DNA of 64,000 nucleotides from Terriglobia bacterium (GTDB taxonomy: Bacteria; Acidobacteriota; Terriglobia; 20CM-2-55-15). This document shows, piece after piece, positions 44,109 to 53,545 of this stretch (positions are counted from its first letter, which is position 1; every line of letters begins with the position of its first letter). The stretch is taken from contig CBDBIN010000045.1 of the NCBI GenBank assembly GCA_965206125.1, forward strand, positions 580,531 to 644,530. Reading direction: 5' to 3'. Under the pieces are notes generated by a model. The model did no database searches, was not told the origin of the DNA, and saw only the letters and a program-made list of their open reading frames with translations. The position numbers were made by a program, and so were the translations under genes.

Positions 44109-46550
44109 TTATTGCCGATCGGCCTCCACCGCTTCCGAAGCCGGGTTGAGTGTTCTCATCTGGAACGGGGCGCTGTTCACGACTCCGAGAACGAACGCCG
44201 AGAAACGATTCTCTTGTCCTGCCGCAGCCCGCGCTATTGAACGAACTGTGGGCATGTCACGGTAATCCAGCACCCGGCCTACTCCGTAGGCCAGGAGGTT
44301 CTCAGCAAAGCTTCCTATGACGGCTTCTGAACGGTCGAGGACTGCCTGACGCAGGCCGACCGGCCCGTCCAGAGGAGTCCCGTCGTACATCCGGGCCGAA
44401 GGATCGATGGCCAGACCACTGTCGTTATCCCGCCAACGTCCGATTGCGTCGAAGTTCTCCAGTGCCAGGCCGATGGGGTCCATGATCTGATGACAGGCGT
44501 TGCACGCGGGATTTTCCCGGTGCGCCTCCATGCGCTCGCGAACCGTCGAGACTTTCTCGTTGTTAACGCTCTCCTTGAATGGCGGCACGACCGCAGGAGG
44601 CGCAGGCGGCGGAGCGCCGACGACGACTTCGAGAACGTACTTACCGCGGGCCACCGGCGAGGTTCGGTTGGACAGGGAAGTCATCGTGAGGACGCCGCCC
44701 TTACCCAACAGCCCGAACCGATTCGGGTCGTCGAGCGAGACGCGACGGAACCGGTTTCCGAGCACGTCCGGAATCCCGTAGTGCCTCGCGAGCGTTTCGT
44801 CGACGAAAGTGTAATCGGCCGTGAGCAGGTCCAGCACGTCCCGGTCTTCCCGGACGATGCTGTCGAACAGCAACTCCACCTCACGCCTCATCGATTTCGC
44901 AAGGTTCACTGTGAAATCGGGAAAGATCGTGGGCTCGGGATGAAGGGATTCGATACCAACCAGGCGTAACCACTGGGAGGCAAAGTCCGTCGAAAGCGTT
45001 TCGGACCGCGGATCGCCGAGCATCCGTGCCACCTGTTGTTCGAGTACGCCCACGTCCCGAAGGCGCTGGGCACGTGCGAGTTCGATCAACTCGTCGTCCG
45101 GCGCCGTGCTCCACAGGAAGTACGACAGCCGGGAAGCCAGTTCCAGGTCGTCAATCCGATAGCTCTCCCCAGGCTGGACGTCCTCAGGAACACGCTCGAA
45201 CCGGAACACGAACTCCGGTTTTGCCAGGATCGTCTGCAGCGCGGTACGGACACCCGCCTCGAATCCGCCCTCGTCGGAGCCGATACCGTAGAGCTGCATC
45301 AGGCTTTCCAGATCCTCGGGATTCGCCGGACGGCGGAATGCCTGGCTTGCCAGCCTCGTGATGATCTGTTCGGCGCAGGCCGCCTCATCGGTGGCCTCAG
45401 TGGGACGACAGCTGAAGATCCGCTGGCGGCTTGGGGTTTCGGACACCCCCGTGATCTTCATCGGCCCAGTGATGGTGACCGTCCGCAGATGGGGCAGCGC
45501 GGTCATGCCGGCCTGAAGCCCGATGCTGATGTCCATCAGTGTCTGTTCGACGAGCCGGTAATGGTCTTCAACCGGACCGTCGAAAGTCGAGACAAATGCC
45601 GCCGCAACCTGGTGTGGTCCCGCCGTAACGGTGACCGGGTCTGTGACCATTACCGCCGTCGTCTCTTCCTGCAGCGGGTCGACGGTGAACACGCCTACCC
45701 GGTCGCCGTCGATGGATATTTCGATCTGCTGGCCCTGCAACGACTCGGGAAGGTTCGATCCGATCAGCTCGCCGGTGTAGTAGTAGTACAACTCGAGGGC
45801 GAACGTGTATTCGCCGTCCGCCGGGAAATTGTGAGTGACCGCGGTCCCACCCCTCGTGCCAAACGGGGTGCCTTCGATGTGCCGCATCTGGTTGGCAACT
45901 CTGGGCACATCGTATTTCGCCATAACCGGAGGTGCTTGCGGATCCCCCACAGCCTGCCTTGCGATCTTGTCGGCGGCGCGAACGTAGGCCTGCATCAACG
46001 CCGGCGTTACCGTCAGCGCATCGGCCATGTTGTCGAAGTTTCCGGTCCGGCCGTCGGGTGGGAGGAGCGCGGCGATGTCGATGTCGAGGTCGAGCAGGTC
46101 ACGCACGGAGTTTCGGTACTCGCGGCGGTTGACTCTATGGAGTTCCGGAGACTCCACAAAGGGACGGGCCGCCCCAGCCTGGTCGATGCGGGTTTCCAGC
46201 GCTGCTGCCAGCGCTTTCAGGCTCGCGGCATCGGGGCGGGGCGCGCCGACGGGTGGCATCATACCGGAGCGGAGCTTGACGACAACTTTCTCGGTTTGTT
46301 CCGCGTTCTGGTCCGGATGAGCCAGGTCGATCTCAGTCCAGGAGAATCCGCCTTCGTTCAACGCGTCGTTATGACAGTAGACGCAGTACTGATTGACCAG
46401 GTCCTGCTGAGATTGAACGGACGCCGCTCCGGCCGCTTCTTGTCCGAGTGCCACCATGACAACATCACCGCCACCCGGCGCGAAAACCAAGGTCACAAGA
46501 AACAGCAGACTGCCGCAGAGCAGCGTAGCCTTCATTGATATACCCCTCAC
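44109..46550 (-). CDS. large secreted DUF1592-family (Planctomycete cytochrome-C-like) protein (paralog of 32956..35439)
   Basis: Signal peptide. CVYCH motif. Same architecture and C-terminal ...SAPFQMRT end as the paralog. 813 aa. Confidence 0.7.
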   Translation of the reverse strand: MRGISMKATLLCGSLLFLVTLVFAPGGGDVVMVALGQEAAGAASVQSQQDLVNQYCVYCHNDALNEGGFSWTEIDLAHPDQNAEQTEKVVVKLRSGMMPPVGAPRPDAASLKALAAALETRIDQAGAARPFVESPELHRVNRREYRNSVRDLLDLDIDIAALLPPDGRTGNFDNMADALTVTPALMQAYVRAADKIARQAVGDPQAPPVMAKYDVPRVANQMRHIEGTPFGTRGGTAVTHNFPADGEYTFALELYYYYTGELIGSNLPESLQGQQIEISIDGDRVGVFTVDPLQEETTAVMVTDPVTVTAGPHQVAAAFVSTFDGPVEDHYRLVEQTLMDISIGLQAGMTALPHLRTVTITGPMKITGVSETPSRQRIFSCRPTEATDEAACAEQIITRLASQAFRRPANPEDLESLMQLYGIGSDEGGFEAGVRTALQTILAKPEFVFRFERVPEDVQPGESYRIDDLELASRLSYFLWSTAPDDELIELARAQRLRDVGVLEQQVARMLGDPRSETLSTDFASQWLRLVGIESLHPEPTIFPDFTVNLAKSMRREVELLFDSIVREDRDVLDLLTADYTFVDETLARHYGIPDVLGNRFRRVSLDDPNRFGLLGKGGVLTMTSLSNRTSPVARGKYVLEVVVGAPPPAPPAVVPPFKESVNNEKVSTVRERMEAHRENPACNACHQIMDPIGLALENFDAIGRWRDNDSGLAIDPSARMYDGTPLDGPVGLRQAVLDRSEAVIGSFAENLLAYGVGRVLDYRDMPTVRSIARAAAGQENRFSAFVLGVVNSAPFQMRTLNPASEAVEADRQ

Positions 46551-46904
46551 TCGTATCAGTGCGAATTCATCTCGAATTCACCCTCACGAACGCTCCTGAC
46601 AGTTCGGTGGAATCAACGATCCAAACAAGGCAATGGAACGAAAAATTCCACCCGGCTATTGGCTACCACAAGTTACTGAAATAAACTGCTTTTGACACTA
46701 TAGAAGCAGTCACGTCTGAGGTCAATTTTTTAGTGGTCTTTCGAGGCCACTATTTTCTTGGATCTCAAGGCGGTCAGCTGGGTCTCTGCGGGAAAGATTT
46801 CGGATGGATCCTGGAAGCCGATCCGCGTCCGGAACCGGCGGAGCGGGGCGGCCGACCGCTCTGGACGCCCGAACTCGCCATACTGGCAGATAACTACTTT
46901 AAGA

Positions 46905-47870
46905 TCAATCGATTGCAAAACACATGAACAATCCATCGCCGCCCGATGCCTGCAAATCCTCCTGGCTGCAGCCGCGAGACTCATGCGCGGCGATCCAGGA
47001 GGTGCCATCGTCGCCGCCGCCCTGACGGTCGTGGTGGCCAACCATGGCCGAGCCTTCGCCCGAGCTGGTCCAGTTCGAACAGTTCATGCCGACGGCTGCA
47101 GTTCCGTCCACGAGCGTGCCGGTCATGATGTCGTGCCGGTTGGGGTCGTCTTCCCTTCCGTTGATCACTTCGCCCTTTTCGTTGAGCGCCGTCTCTTTCG
47201 TCAGGCGGTTGTTGCTGTGAAGCTCGGCCACTCCGCGGGCGATCATCACACCCTTGGCGTTGTACCAGGGACCGGTGCCGATCCGGTCACCGGCGTTGAC
47301 CGTCGGCCTGTCCTGGAAACTGGTACTCAGGTACGCGCTCCAAGTCCGGTCACCGACACCGACTGTTTCCCCGAGAGCCTGGCAATGCCGATCCGCTCCC
47401 GCCAGACCTTCCAAATGCGCCCCGTTGCCGGGGCCCGTGCTCGTGATGAAGAAGCTCATGCTGTTTCCGAGAGGAATGACCTCTTCCTCCTCGGCCTCGG
47501 AGACAATCGCCGCCAGATCGATCAGGAACTTCTCCTCATTCCGTTCGAACACGACGGTCTCATTCTCCGGATCGGTAAAGTAGAACGCAGAACCGTCGAT
47601 CAGCCGGGTGGAACTGAAGCCAAAACGATCCGGGAAGCCCGCCCGAATCATGGGCGTGATCGTATGCTGGGCAGCCTCGAAAGCGGAGCCGAATTCGTTT
47701 CGCACTCCTCCGCCCTCGGGGTTCACGTGACAGACGGCACAACCGTCGACATCGGAGCGGCGCATGGGATCGGCCCGGAAAATTTCCAGATAAGGGGGCC
47801 GGGCCGTGACCGGCTGGGCCAGGCTTATCAGGAATACGAGCAACAAAACAGCTCCGGTGATTCGAATCAT
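46905..47870 (-). CDS. hypothetical secreted protein with a single CxxCH heme-binding motif
   Basis: Start MIRITGAVLLLVFLISLAQPVTA is preceded by GGAGG. CAVCH motif. The long overlapping plus-strand ORF 46758..48185 is judged antisense. Confidence 0.45.
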   Translation of the reverse strand: MIRITGAVLLLVFLISLAQPVTARPPYLEIFRADPMRRSDVDGCAVCHVNPEGGGVRNEFGSAFEAAQHTITPMIRAGFPDRFGFSSTRLIDGSAFYFTDPENETVVFERNEEKFLIDLAAIVSEAEEEEVIPLGNSMSFFITSTGPGNGAHLEGLAGADRHCQALGETVGVGDRTWSAYLSTSFQDRPTVNAGDRIGTGPWYNAKGVMIARGVAELHSNNRLTKETALNEKGEVINGREDDPNRHDIMTGTLVDGTAAVGMNCSNWTSSGEGSAMVGHHDRQGGGDDGTSWIAAHESRGCSQEDLQASGGDGLFMCFAID

Positions 47871-48174
47871 GTGACCTCCGCGAAGATACCGACTACCGTT
47901 ACGCGTCCAGTGCGAGTGGGAAATGCCTGCTCGACAGGCTCGCGGCGTTCTCGGCGCCAGTCTAAGCGAAACCGGCAAAGTACCGCAACTCCCGAAGGAA
48001 CTGTGCGGAAGCTTCATCGAGCGCCGCAGGCGATTAACACTGTACGCATCACGAAAGGGCTGGTAGAAAGTCGTGCGCACCTCGACGGAAAGTTGGCACT
48101 ATCTCACCGAGCCTCCCCTCGGCGCTCTTGGTCGGTTGCGGCGCATTCGGCCATCCGGCGAGAGTTCTTCAATA

Positions 48175-49065
48175 ATGGACACTGAAAGACACAGGACGCA
48201 TCCGGACGACAGAGACGGTGTGGTCTCGACCGCGCCTCTTGCGCTCCCGCCCGTGCTCTACCACTACTGCTCGGAACAAGCCTTCAGAGCGATCGTGAAC
48301 AATGGCTGCGTGTGGGCCTCGGATGCGGCTCACATGAACGATGCGCTCGAGGGCGTGTGGTTAGACGAGGTCGTCAAGCGGATCGAGGGACCCGAATGGG
48401 ACGACTGGCGCGAATCCGATCATATCCTCCAGGACTACAGAGTGTGGAAGGCGGACTTCTACATCGCCTGCTTGTCAGAGAATGGCGATCTGTTGAGCCA
48501 ATGGCGCTCCTATGCCGACGACGGCCGCGGCGCGAGTATCGGCCTTGGACTCGAGGGACTCGAGATACCGACCGGACTGAGTTTCACCGACGTGTTCCAC
48601 ATGAGTTCGCTGGGTTGCACCATCGATCGGGTCGTCCATGATGAAGCGTCCCAGACCGAAGTAGCCCGGCGGGTGTTCCGATACGTCGACCATCTTATGA
48701 GGTCGGCGGCGGCCGAACGCGGTGACGTCTACGACGCGATCGTCGACACCGGCAGGGACTGCCTCGCCTACGTTTCAAGGCTCCTGAAGCACCCGGGCTT
48801 CAGCGAGGAGCAGGAGTGGCGATTGATCTACGACGGCAAGTCGGATCGCAGGCCGGCGGAGATAAATTCCGACCTCAAGCATCGCTTTCGTGGAAAGGAA
48901 AAGATCGGTTATTTTGAGTTCAGCATTCGGTCGGTAAGACAACCCCTTCGCGAAGTCGTGCTCGGTCCGAAGAGCGCCTTATCTGTCGAAGAAACCGCGC
49001 AACTGCTCGAGGGGGCCGGCTACCGAGATGTCGAGATCCGCAAGTCGACGATTCCCTACCGTTGA
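48175..49065 (+). CDS. DUF2971 domain protein
   Basis: VLYHYCSEQAFRAIVNNGCVWASDAAHMNDALEG matches the DUF2971 N-terminal signature (lY.Y.s...f..Il.n..lw.S....mNDp.E). Confidence 0.55.
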   Translation: MDTERHRTHPDDRDGVVSTAPLALPPVLYHYCSEQAFRAIVNNGCVWASDAAHMNDALEGVWLDEVVKRIEGPEWDDWRESDHILQDYRVWKADFYIACLSENGDLLSQWRSYADDGRGASIGLGLEGLEIPTGLSFTDVFHMSSLGCTIDRVVHDEASQTEVARRVFRYVDHLMRSAAAERGDVYDAIVDTGRDCLAYVSRLLKHPGFSEEQEWRLIYDGKSDRRPAEINSDLKHRFRGKEKIGYFEFSIRSVRQPLREVVLGPKSALSVEETAQLLEGAGYRDVEIRKSTIPYR

Positions 49066-49170
49066 CGTTCCCGCCTTCACGATCGACGTAGTCGGACCCC
49101 ACTACAGCCCGCAGCGCTAACGTCCATACTACGAAATCATAGTATCGTTAGGAGTTTCTCGGGGAGGATC

Positions 49171-50172
49171 ATGCTCATCGGATTGACAGGCCGCAACGCG
49201 GGGGGGAAAGGGGAAGTCGCCGCACAACTCAAGGAGCGGGGCTTCGAATGCCACTCCTTGTCGGACATCATCCGGGATGAAGTTCGCTCCCGCGGCATCG
49301 AACCGGGCCGCGAGAACCTGATAGAAACCGGCAATGATTTGCGGCGACGCTTCGGCCCTTCCGTACTGGCGGAAAGAACTCTCCGAAAGCTCGACATCGA
49401 CCACAACTACGCCATCGATTCGATTCGGAACCCCGCAGAAGTCGAAACCCTCACTCAGAGCGGACACCATTTCCGACTCGTACGCGTGGACGCGGCCCCC
49501 GAGGCGCGGTTCGACAGGATCCGGAAGCGGGGTCGCGAGAGCGATCCCACCAGCTTCGACGCGTTCAATGATCTCGACGAACGCGAGGCCGTTGGAGATG
49601 AGCATTCGCAGAACCTGGCCGCGGTCGAAGAACTGGCCGACCACACGATTCTGAACGACGGGACTCTCGAGGAACTTCGCGCGCGGGTCGACGAACTGCT
49701 GCTGCGTCTCCTGAGCGAAGTCCCCCGCCCTGGTTGGGACCCGTACTTCATGAACATCGCCAAGGTGGCCGCCTCTCGATCGAACTGCTTGAAGCGGAAG
49801 GTCGCGGCAGTCATTGTCCGCGACAGACGCGTGGTTTCGACCGGCTACAACGGCACGCCCCGCGGAACCCGCAACTGCAACGAAGGCGGCTGTCCCCGAT
49901 GCAACACGCTTGCCGCCTCGGGTACGAGCCTCGAGGAGTGCCTGTGCTCCCACGGAGAGGAAAACGCCATCGTCCAGGCCGCATATCACGGCGTTGGGGT
50001 CGCCGGGTCCACGATATACACGACGTTTGCTCCGTGCCTGCTGTGCGCGAAGATGATTATCAACTCGGGAATTTCCGAGGTCGTGTACAACCTGGAATAT
50101 CCGATGAACGACACATCGTTCAACCTGTTCACGGAAGCCGGCGTCGAAGTGCGCCGGTTGAGTGTGGAGTAG
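49171..50172 (+). CDS. fusion protein: N-terminal CoaE/NMP-kinase-like P-loop domain with a non-canonical Walker A, plus C-terminal dCMP/dCTP-deaminase-family zinc deaminase
   Basis: N-terminus MLIGLTGRNAGGKGEVAAQLKERGFECHSLSDIIRDEV... has the dephospho-CoA-kinase-like fold but GK is followed by G, not S/T. C-terminus WDPYFMNIAKVAASRSNCLKRKVAAVIVRD...STGYNGTPRG...CSHGEENAI...PCLLCAKMIINSGI carries the dCMP-deaminase HxE and PCxxC motifs. Confidence 0.7.
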   Translation: MLIGLTGRNAGGKGEVAAQLKERGFECHSLSDIIRDEVRSRGIEPGRENLIETGNDLRRRFGPSVLAERTLRKLDIDHNYAIDSIRNPAEVETLTQSGHHFRLVRVDAAPEARFDRIRKRGRESDPTSFDAFNDLDEREAVGDEHSQNLAAVEELADHTILNDGTLEELRARVDELLLRLLSEVPRPGWDPYFMNIAKVAASRSNCLKRKVAAVIVRDRRVVSTGYNGTPRGTRNCNEGGCPRCNTLAASGTSLEECLCSHGEENAIVQAAYHGVGVAGSTIYTTFAPCLLCAKMIINSGISEVVYNLEYPMNDTSFNLFTEAGVEVRRLSVE

Positions 50173-50222
50173 CAGCGGGGGTGGGGGGGACCGGACTATT
50201 GCAGATTGGTCACTCGAGAACA

Positions 50223-50407
50223 GAACCGGGAGCGGTAGCGACCGGATAGTCTCGGCCGCCACGGCGTGGGGAGACCGTCCCTGTTGGAGTCCCCGGACCC
50301 GACTCCCCGTTCCGGCGTCCGGGCACTCGGAAACCTCGGGATGGCATTGGGACGGTGGGCCCGACGCTAAGGAATGGAAACGGAACCGGGAGCGGTAGCG
50401 ACCGGGT
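50223..50407. repeat. two direct copies of the 23-25-nt motif GAACCGGGAGCGGTAGCGACCGG(GT) at 50223-50245 and 50383-50407; same family as 20662-20745
   Basis: The two copies are exact matches, 137 nt apart, in the convergent intergenic region between the kinase-deaminase gene and the VWA gene. Confidence 0.6.
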
Positions 50408-50472
50408 TATTACCGTTCAGCCAGACCGCACAGGAAAGCCGACGGGCGGGCACAGGTCCCGCCCCTACACTC

Positions 50473-51447
50473 TTACCGATCTTGCTCCGAGTCGCGGGGA
50501 GCGTAATACCCCTTCCGGGCCTTGACTTCGAAATCGTTATCTCTGGGTCTGACTTCGATCTCCCGGTAGGTGCCGTCTCGAATGGCGTTGGTGGGTATGT
50601 ATGCCAGCGTATACTGCGCCCGCAGTTCTTCGCTGATGTCGGCGAAGCTGACGGCAAGATCCTCGAGTTTAAACGGGAAGAACGCCTTGCCGCCCGTCTC
50701 CTCGGCAAAGGTCCTGAGCGTCTTGTCACCACGCGCTTGGGCGCGGTTTCCGAAATTGGCCGTAGAGTTGGTGCTGATCGCGTAGATCGACACATCGTTC
50801 TTCTGTGCCATTTCCAGCGTCTCGGTCAGCGAAACGCGACTGGCGTTGTCATCGCCATCGCTGATGACGATCAGGACCCGCCGCCCTTCGGGCTGCTCGG
50901 TGATCTTTTCGCTGATCGATAGGGAGATCGCGTCGTACAGCGATGTGCCTCCCCCGGCCCGGATCTTCCGGACGGCTTCGGCAAGCGTCTCGGGGTTGTC
51001 AGTGAAATCCTGCAACAGGTCCACACCTGAATCGAACGCCACCAGCATTCCCATGTCGCGGTTGCGTTGGATCGTGGAGTAGAAGAACTCGATCGCGGCC
51101 TCCTGTTCGAAGCGCAGCTTGTCCCGGATGCTGCCGCTCGTGTCGATCAGAAGGGCGATCGTCAGGGGAAGGTCCGTTTCAGAGTCGAATACGGTGATCG
51201 CTTGCTCGATGCCGTCCTCATAGACTCGGACGTCGTCCTGGGTGAGCCGGGTGTAGAGTCGTCCTCTCCGGTCGGTCGCAGTAAAGAGGACCTGCACCAG
51301 GTCGACATCGATCGTGATCGTCTGGTCGTTGCGCTGATCGGTCGGCTCCTGGGCTTGCTGTGGTTCCTGGGCCGAGACGAGATTGACACCGACCAACGCG
51401 GCCAGCGCCAGAACGAACATTGCCAAAACGACGGATTTCCTCATCAT
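50473..51447 (-). CDS. VWA domain protein, TIGR03436-type (third paralog), secreted
   Basis: Start MMRKSVVLAMFVLALAALVG. DLVQVLFTATDRRGRLYTRLTQDDVRVYEDGIEQAI ... VIVISDGDDN ... REIEVRPRDNDFEVKARKGYYAP. Confidence 0.75.
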   Translation of the reverse strand: MMRKSVVLAMFVLALAALVGVNLVSAQEPQQAQEPTDQRNDQTITIDVDLVQVLFTATDRRGRLYTRLTQDDVRVYEDGIEQAITVFDSETDLPLTIALLIDTSGSIRDKLRFEQEAAIEFFYSTIQRNRDMGMLVAFDSGVDLLQDFTDNPETLAEAVRKIRAGGGTSLYDAISLSISEKITEQPEGRRVLIVISDGDDNASRVSLTETLEMAQKNDVSIYAISTNSTANFGNRAQARGDKTLRTFAEETGGKAFFPFKLEDLAVSFADISEELRAQYTLAYIPTNAIRDGTYREIEVRPRDNDFEVKARKGYYAPRDSEQDR

Positions 51448-51504
51448 TCCCCCGGTTCCCCCCGGTTTTCGGGCTGTCCAAAACTGTCCTGAAACTGCCA
51501 AATA

Positions 51505-53481
51505 TTATAGCATTTCGCGGAACTCGGACTCGTCGACGACCCGCACTTCAAGTTTGCGGGCCTTCTCGAGCTTGGAGCCCGGGTCCGCACCGGCCAGGAC
51601 AAAATTGGTTTTCTTGCTCACCGACGACGTTACACGCCCACCTCTTTGCTCGATGAGCTCCTTCGCGTCGTCCCGTGTCATTCCCAGGAGCGTTCCGGTG
51701 AGTACGATCTTCATCCCTGCGAAAACCTGTTCGGGCCGGTCCGGAGCCGGGCCGTCCATCACCATCCGCAGCCCGAAGTCCACAAGACGGTCGATCAGCC
51801 TCCGGTTATGGGACTCCCGTACGAAGCGGTAGATCGTCTCCGCGACGACGGGTCCGATCTCGTCGACCTGTTCCAGTTCGGCAATCTCGGCTTCGAGCAG
51901 CGCTTCCATCGAATGGAAGTAATCCGCCAGAATCTCGGCCGTGCGCTCACCCACATGGCGGATTCCCAGTCCGTAAACGACACGGGAGAACGACAGGTTC
52001 CGCGTGTCTCCGATCTCCTTCAAGAGGTTGTCCGCGGACTTTTCACCGACCCGGTCCAGGGCAACCAGCGCGTCCCTCTTGTCGGCAAGCTCGAACAGGT
52101 CTGAAATGTCGCGCACCAGTCCGTGCTCGACCAGTTGATCCACGAGGCGCTCACCCAGCCCATCGATGTCCATGGCCTTACGCGAAGCCCAATGAAGGAA
52201 GGATTCCTTCACTTTCGCCGGGCAGGTTTGTGAAATGCAGCGGCTCTTGACCTCGTCCTCCGCACGATAGACCTCGCTACCGCACTCCGGACAATGGGTG
52301 GGCATCTGGAAGGGCCGTCTATCGGGACCGGTATCGACAACCTTGAGGACTTTGGGAATGACATCGCCGCCGCGTTCGATCAACACGCGGTCGCCGATCG
52401 CCACACCGAGGCGAGCGATCTCGTCTTCGTTGTGAAGCGTGGCGTTGCGTATGGTGATGCCACCAACCTGGACGGGCTCGAGTTCAGCTACCGGAGTCAG
52501 CGCTCCGGTCCGCCCCACCTGGACTCGAATGTCGATGAGACGTGTCGTCGCCTGGCGCGCCCGGAATTTGACGGCCACGGCCCATCGCGGGGCTTTCGCT
52601 GTGCTCCCGAGCCTTTCCTGGAGGCCGATGGAATCTACCTTCACGACGACGCCATCGATTTCGTAATCCAACGTGTCCCGGCGGTCTTCCCATTCCCGGC
52701 AAAACTCGATCACTTCCTCCAGGCTCGCCGTGCGGATGACGTTCGAGTTGACCTTGAAACCCAGGCCTGTCAACGCGGCAAGGTCTTCGCTCTGGGATGC
52801 GCGGTGCGGCAGCAACGCATAGGAGAAAAAGGCCAACGGTCGCTCGGCGACCGTTGCCGGATCGACCTGACGGAGAGATCCGGCGGCGGCGTTACGAGGG
52901 TTCGCGAACCGGGCCAGCCCTTCGGCGTCACGCTCGTCGTTGAGCCGGCGGAACGCTTCGAGCCCTAGAAAGATCTCGCCGCGAACTTCCACGGTCTCGG
53001 GCCGCTTGAGCCGCAAGGGCACAGAACGTATCGTACGAACGTTGGACGTGACGACCTCACCGGTCCGTCCGTCACCGCGGGTGATCCCCATTTCCAGCCG
53101 CCCGGCTTCGTAGACGAGATTCACGCTCAAGCCGTCGATCTTCAGCTCGGCGACGTAGTCGATCTCCCGAGTGCCCGAGCGTTCGGCCACCCGACGCCCC
53201 CAGTCCTCGAGTTCATCGAACGAATACGCATTATCGAGGCTGAGCATCGGTTCCTGGAAATGATGGCTTGGAAACCCGCCTGTCACCTGGCCTCCGACCC
53301 TCCTGGTGGGAGAATCCGGTGTGACGAGGTCCGGGTGTTTCCCCTCGAGCGTCCCGAGTTCTCGCATCAGCTGGTCGAACTCGTAGTCGGAAACAACGGG
53401 TTGCGCCTCGACGTAATAGCGATACTCGTGGTCGCGGATCTTTGCGCGCAACTTTTCGAGCTGTTCTCTAACAGAGGACAT
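51505..53481 (-). CDS. ligA: NAD-dependent DNA ligase
   Basis: Start MSSVREQLEKLRAKIRDHEYRYYV. Adenylation domain (ELKIDGLS, KxDG motif), OB fold, Zn finger (CPECGSE...C), HhH, and C-terminal BRCT (VLTGTL...). Confidence 0.9.
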   Translation of the reverse strand: MSSVREQLEKLRAKIRDHEYRYYVEAQPVVSDYEFDQLMRELGTLEGKHPDLVTPDSPTRRVGGQVTGGFPSHHFQEPMLSLDNAYSFDELEDWGRRVAERSGTREIDYVAELKIDGLSVNLVYEAGRLEMGITRGDGRTGEVVTSNVRTIRSVPLRLKRPETVEVRGEIFLGLEAFRRLNDERDAEGLARFANPRNAAAGSLRQVDPATVAERPLAFFSYALLPHRASQSEDLAALTGLGFKVNSNVIRTASLEEVIEFCREWEDRRDTLDYEIDGVVVKVDSIGLQERLGSTAKAPRWAVAVKFRARQATTRLIDIRVQVGRTGALTPVAELEPVQVGGITIRNATLHNEDEIARLGVAIGDRVLIERGGDVIPKVLKVVDTGPDRRPFQMPTHCPECGSEVYRAEDEVKSRCISQTCPAKVKESFLHWASRKAMDIDGLGERLVDQLVEHGLVRDISDLFELADKRDALVALDRVGEKSADNLLKEIGDTRNLSFSRVVYGLGIRHVGERTAEILADYFHSMEALLEAEIAELEQVDEIGPVVAETIYRFVRESHNRRLIDRLVDFGLRMVMDGPAPDRPEQVFAGMKIVLTGTLLGMTRDDAKELIEQRGGRVTSSVSKKTNFVLAGADPGSKLEKARKLEVRVVDESEFREML

Positions 53482-53545
53482 GGGAAGAAAGCGGGCGGAA
53501 AGAGCCCGAGTCTTATTTATACCGCAGGGCAGGCCATGGCAGGTC

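Noticed and set aside
45036-46538. 500-aa plus-strand ORF
   Set aside because: Antisense to the well-supported DUF1592-family gene (signal peptide, CxxCH, conserved C-terminus). The same logic rejects 31712..32980, 33712..34893, 36269..37225, 20830..21678, 21921..23018, 26879..27721, 49129..50262, 53921..55141, 55690..56706 and 57087..57809.
46758-48185. 475-aa plus-strand ORF competing with the minus-strand heme-motif protein
   Set aside because: The minus-strand ORF has a signal peptide, a GGAGG RBS at the internal ATG and a CxxCH motif. The plus-strand ORF is Arg/Gly-rich with no features, so it is judged spurious, though this is less certain than the other antisense calls.
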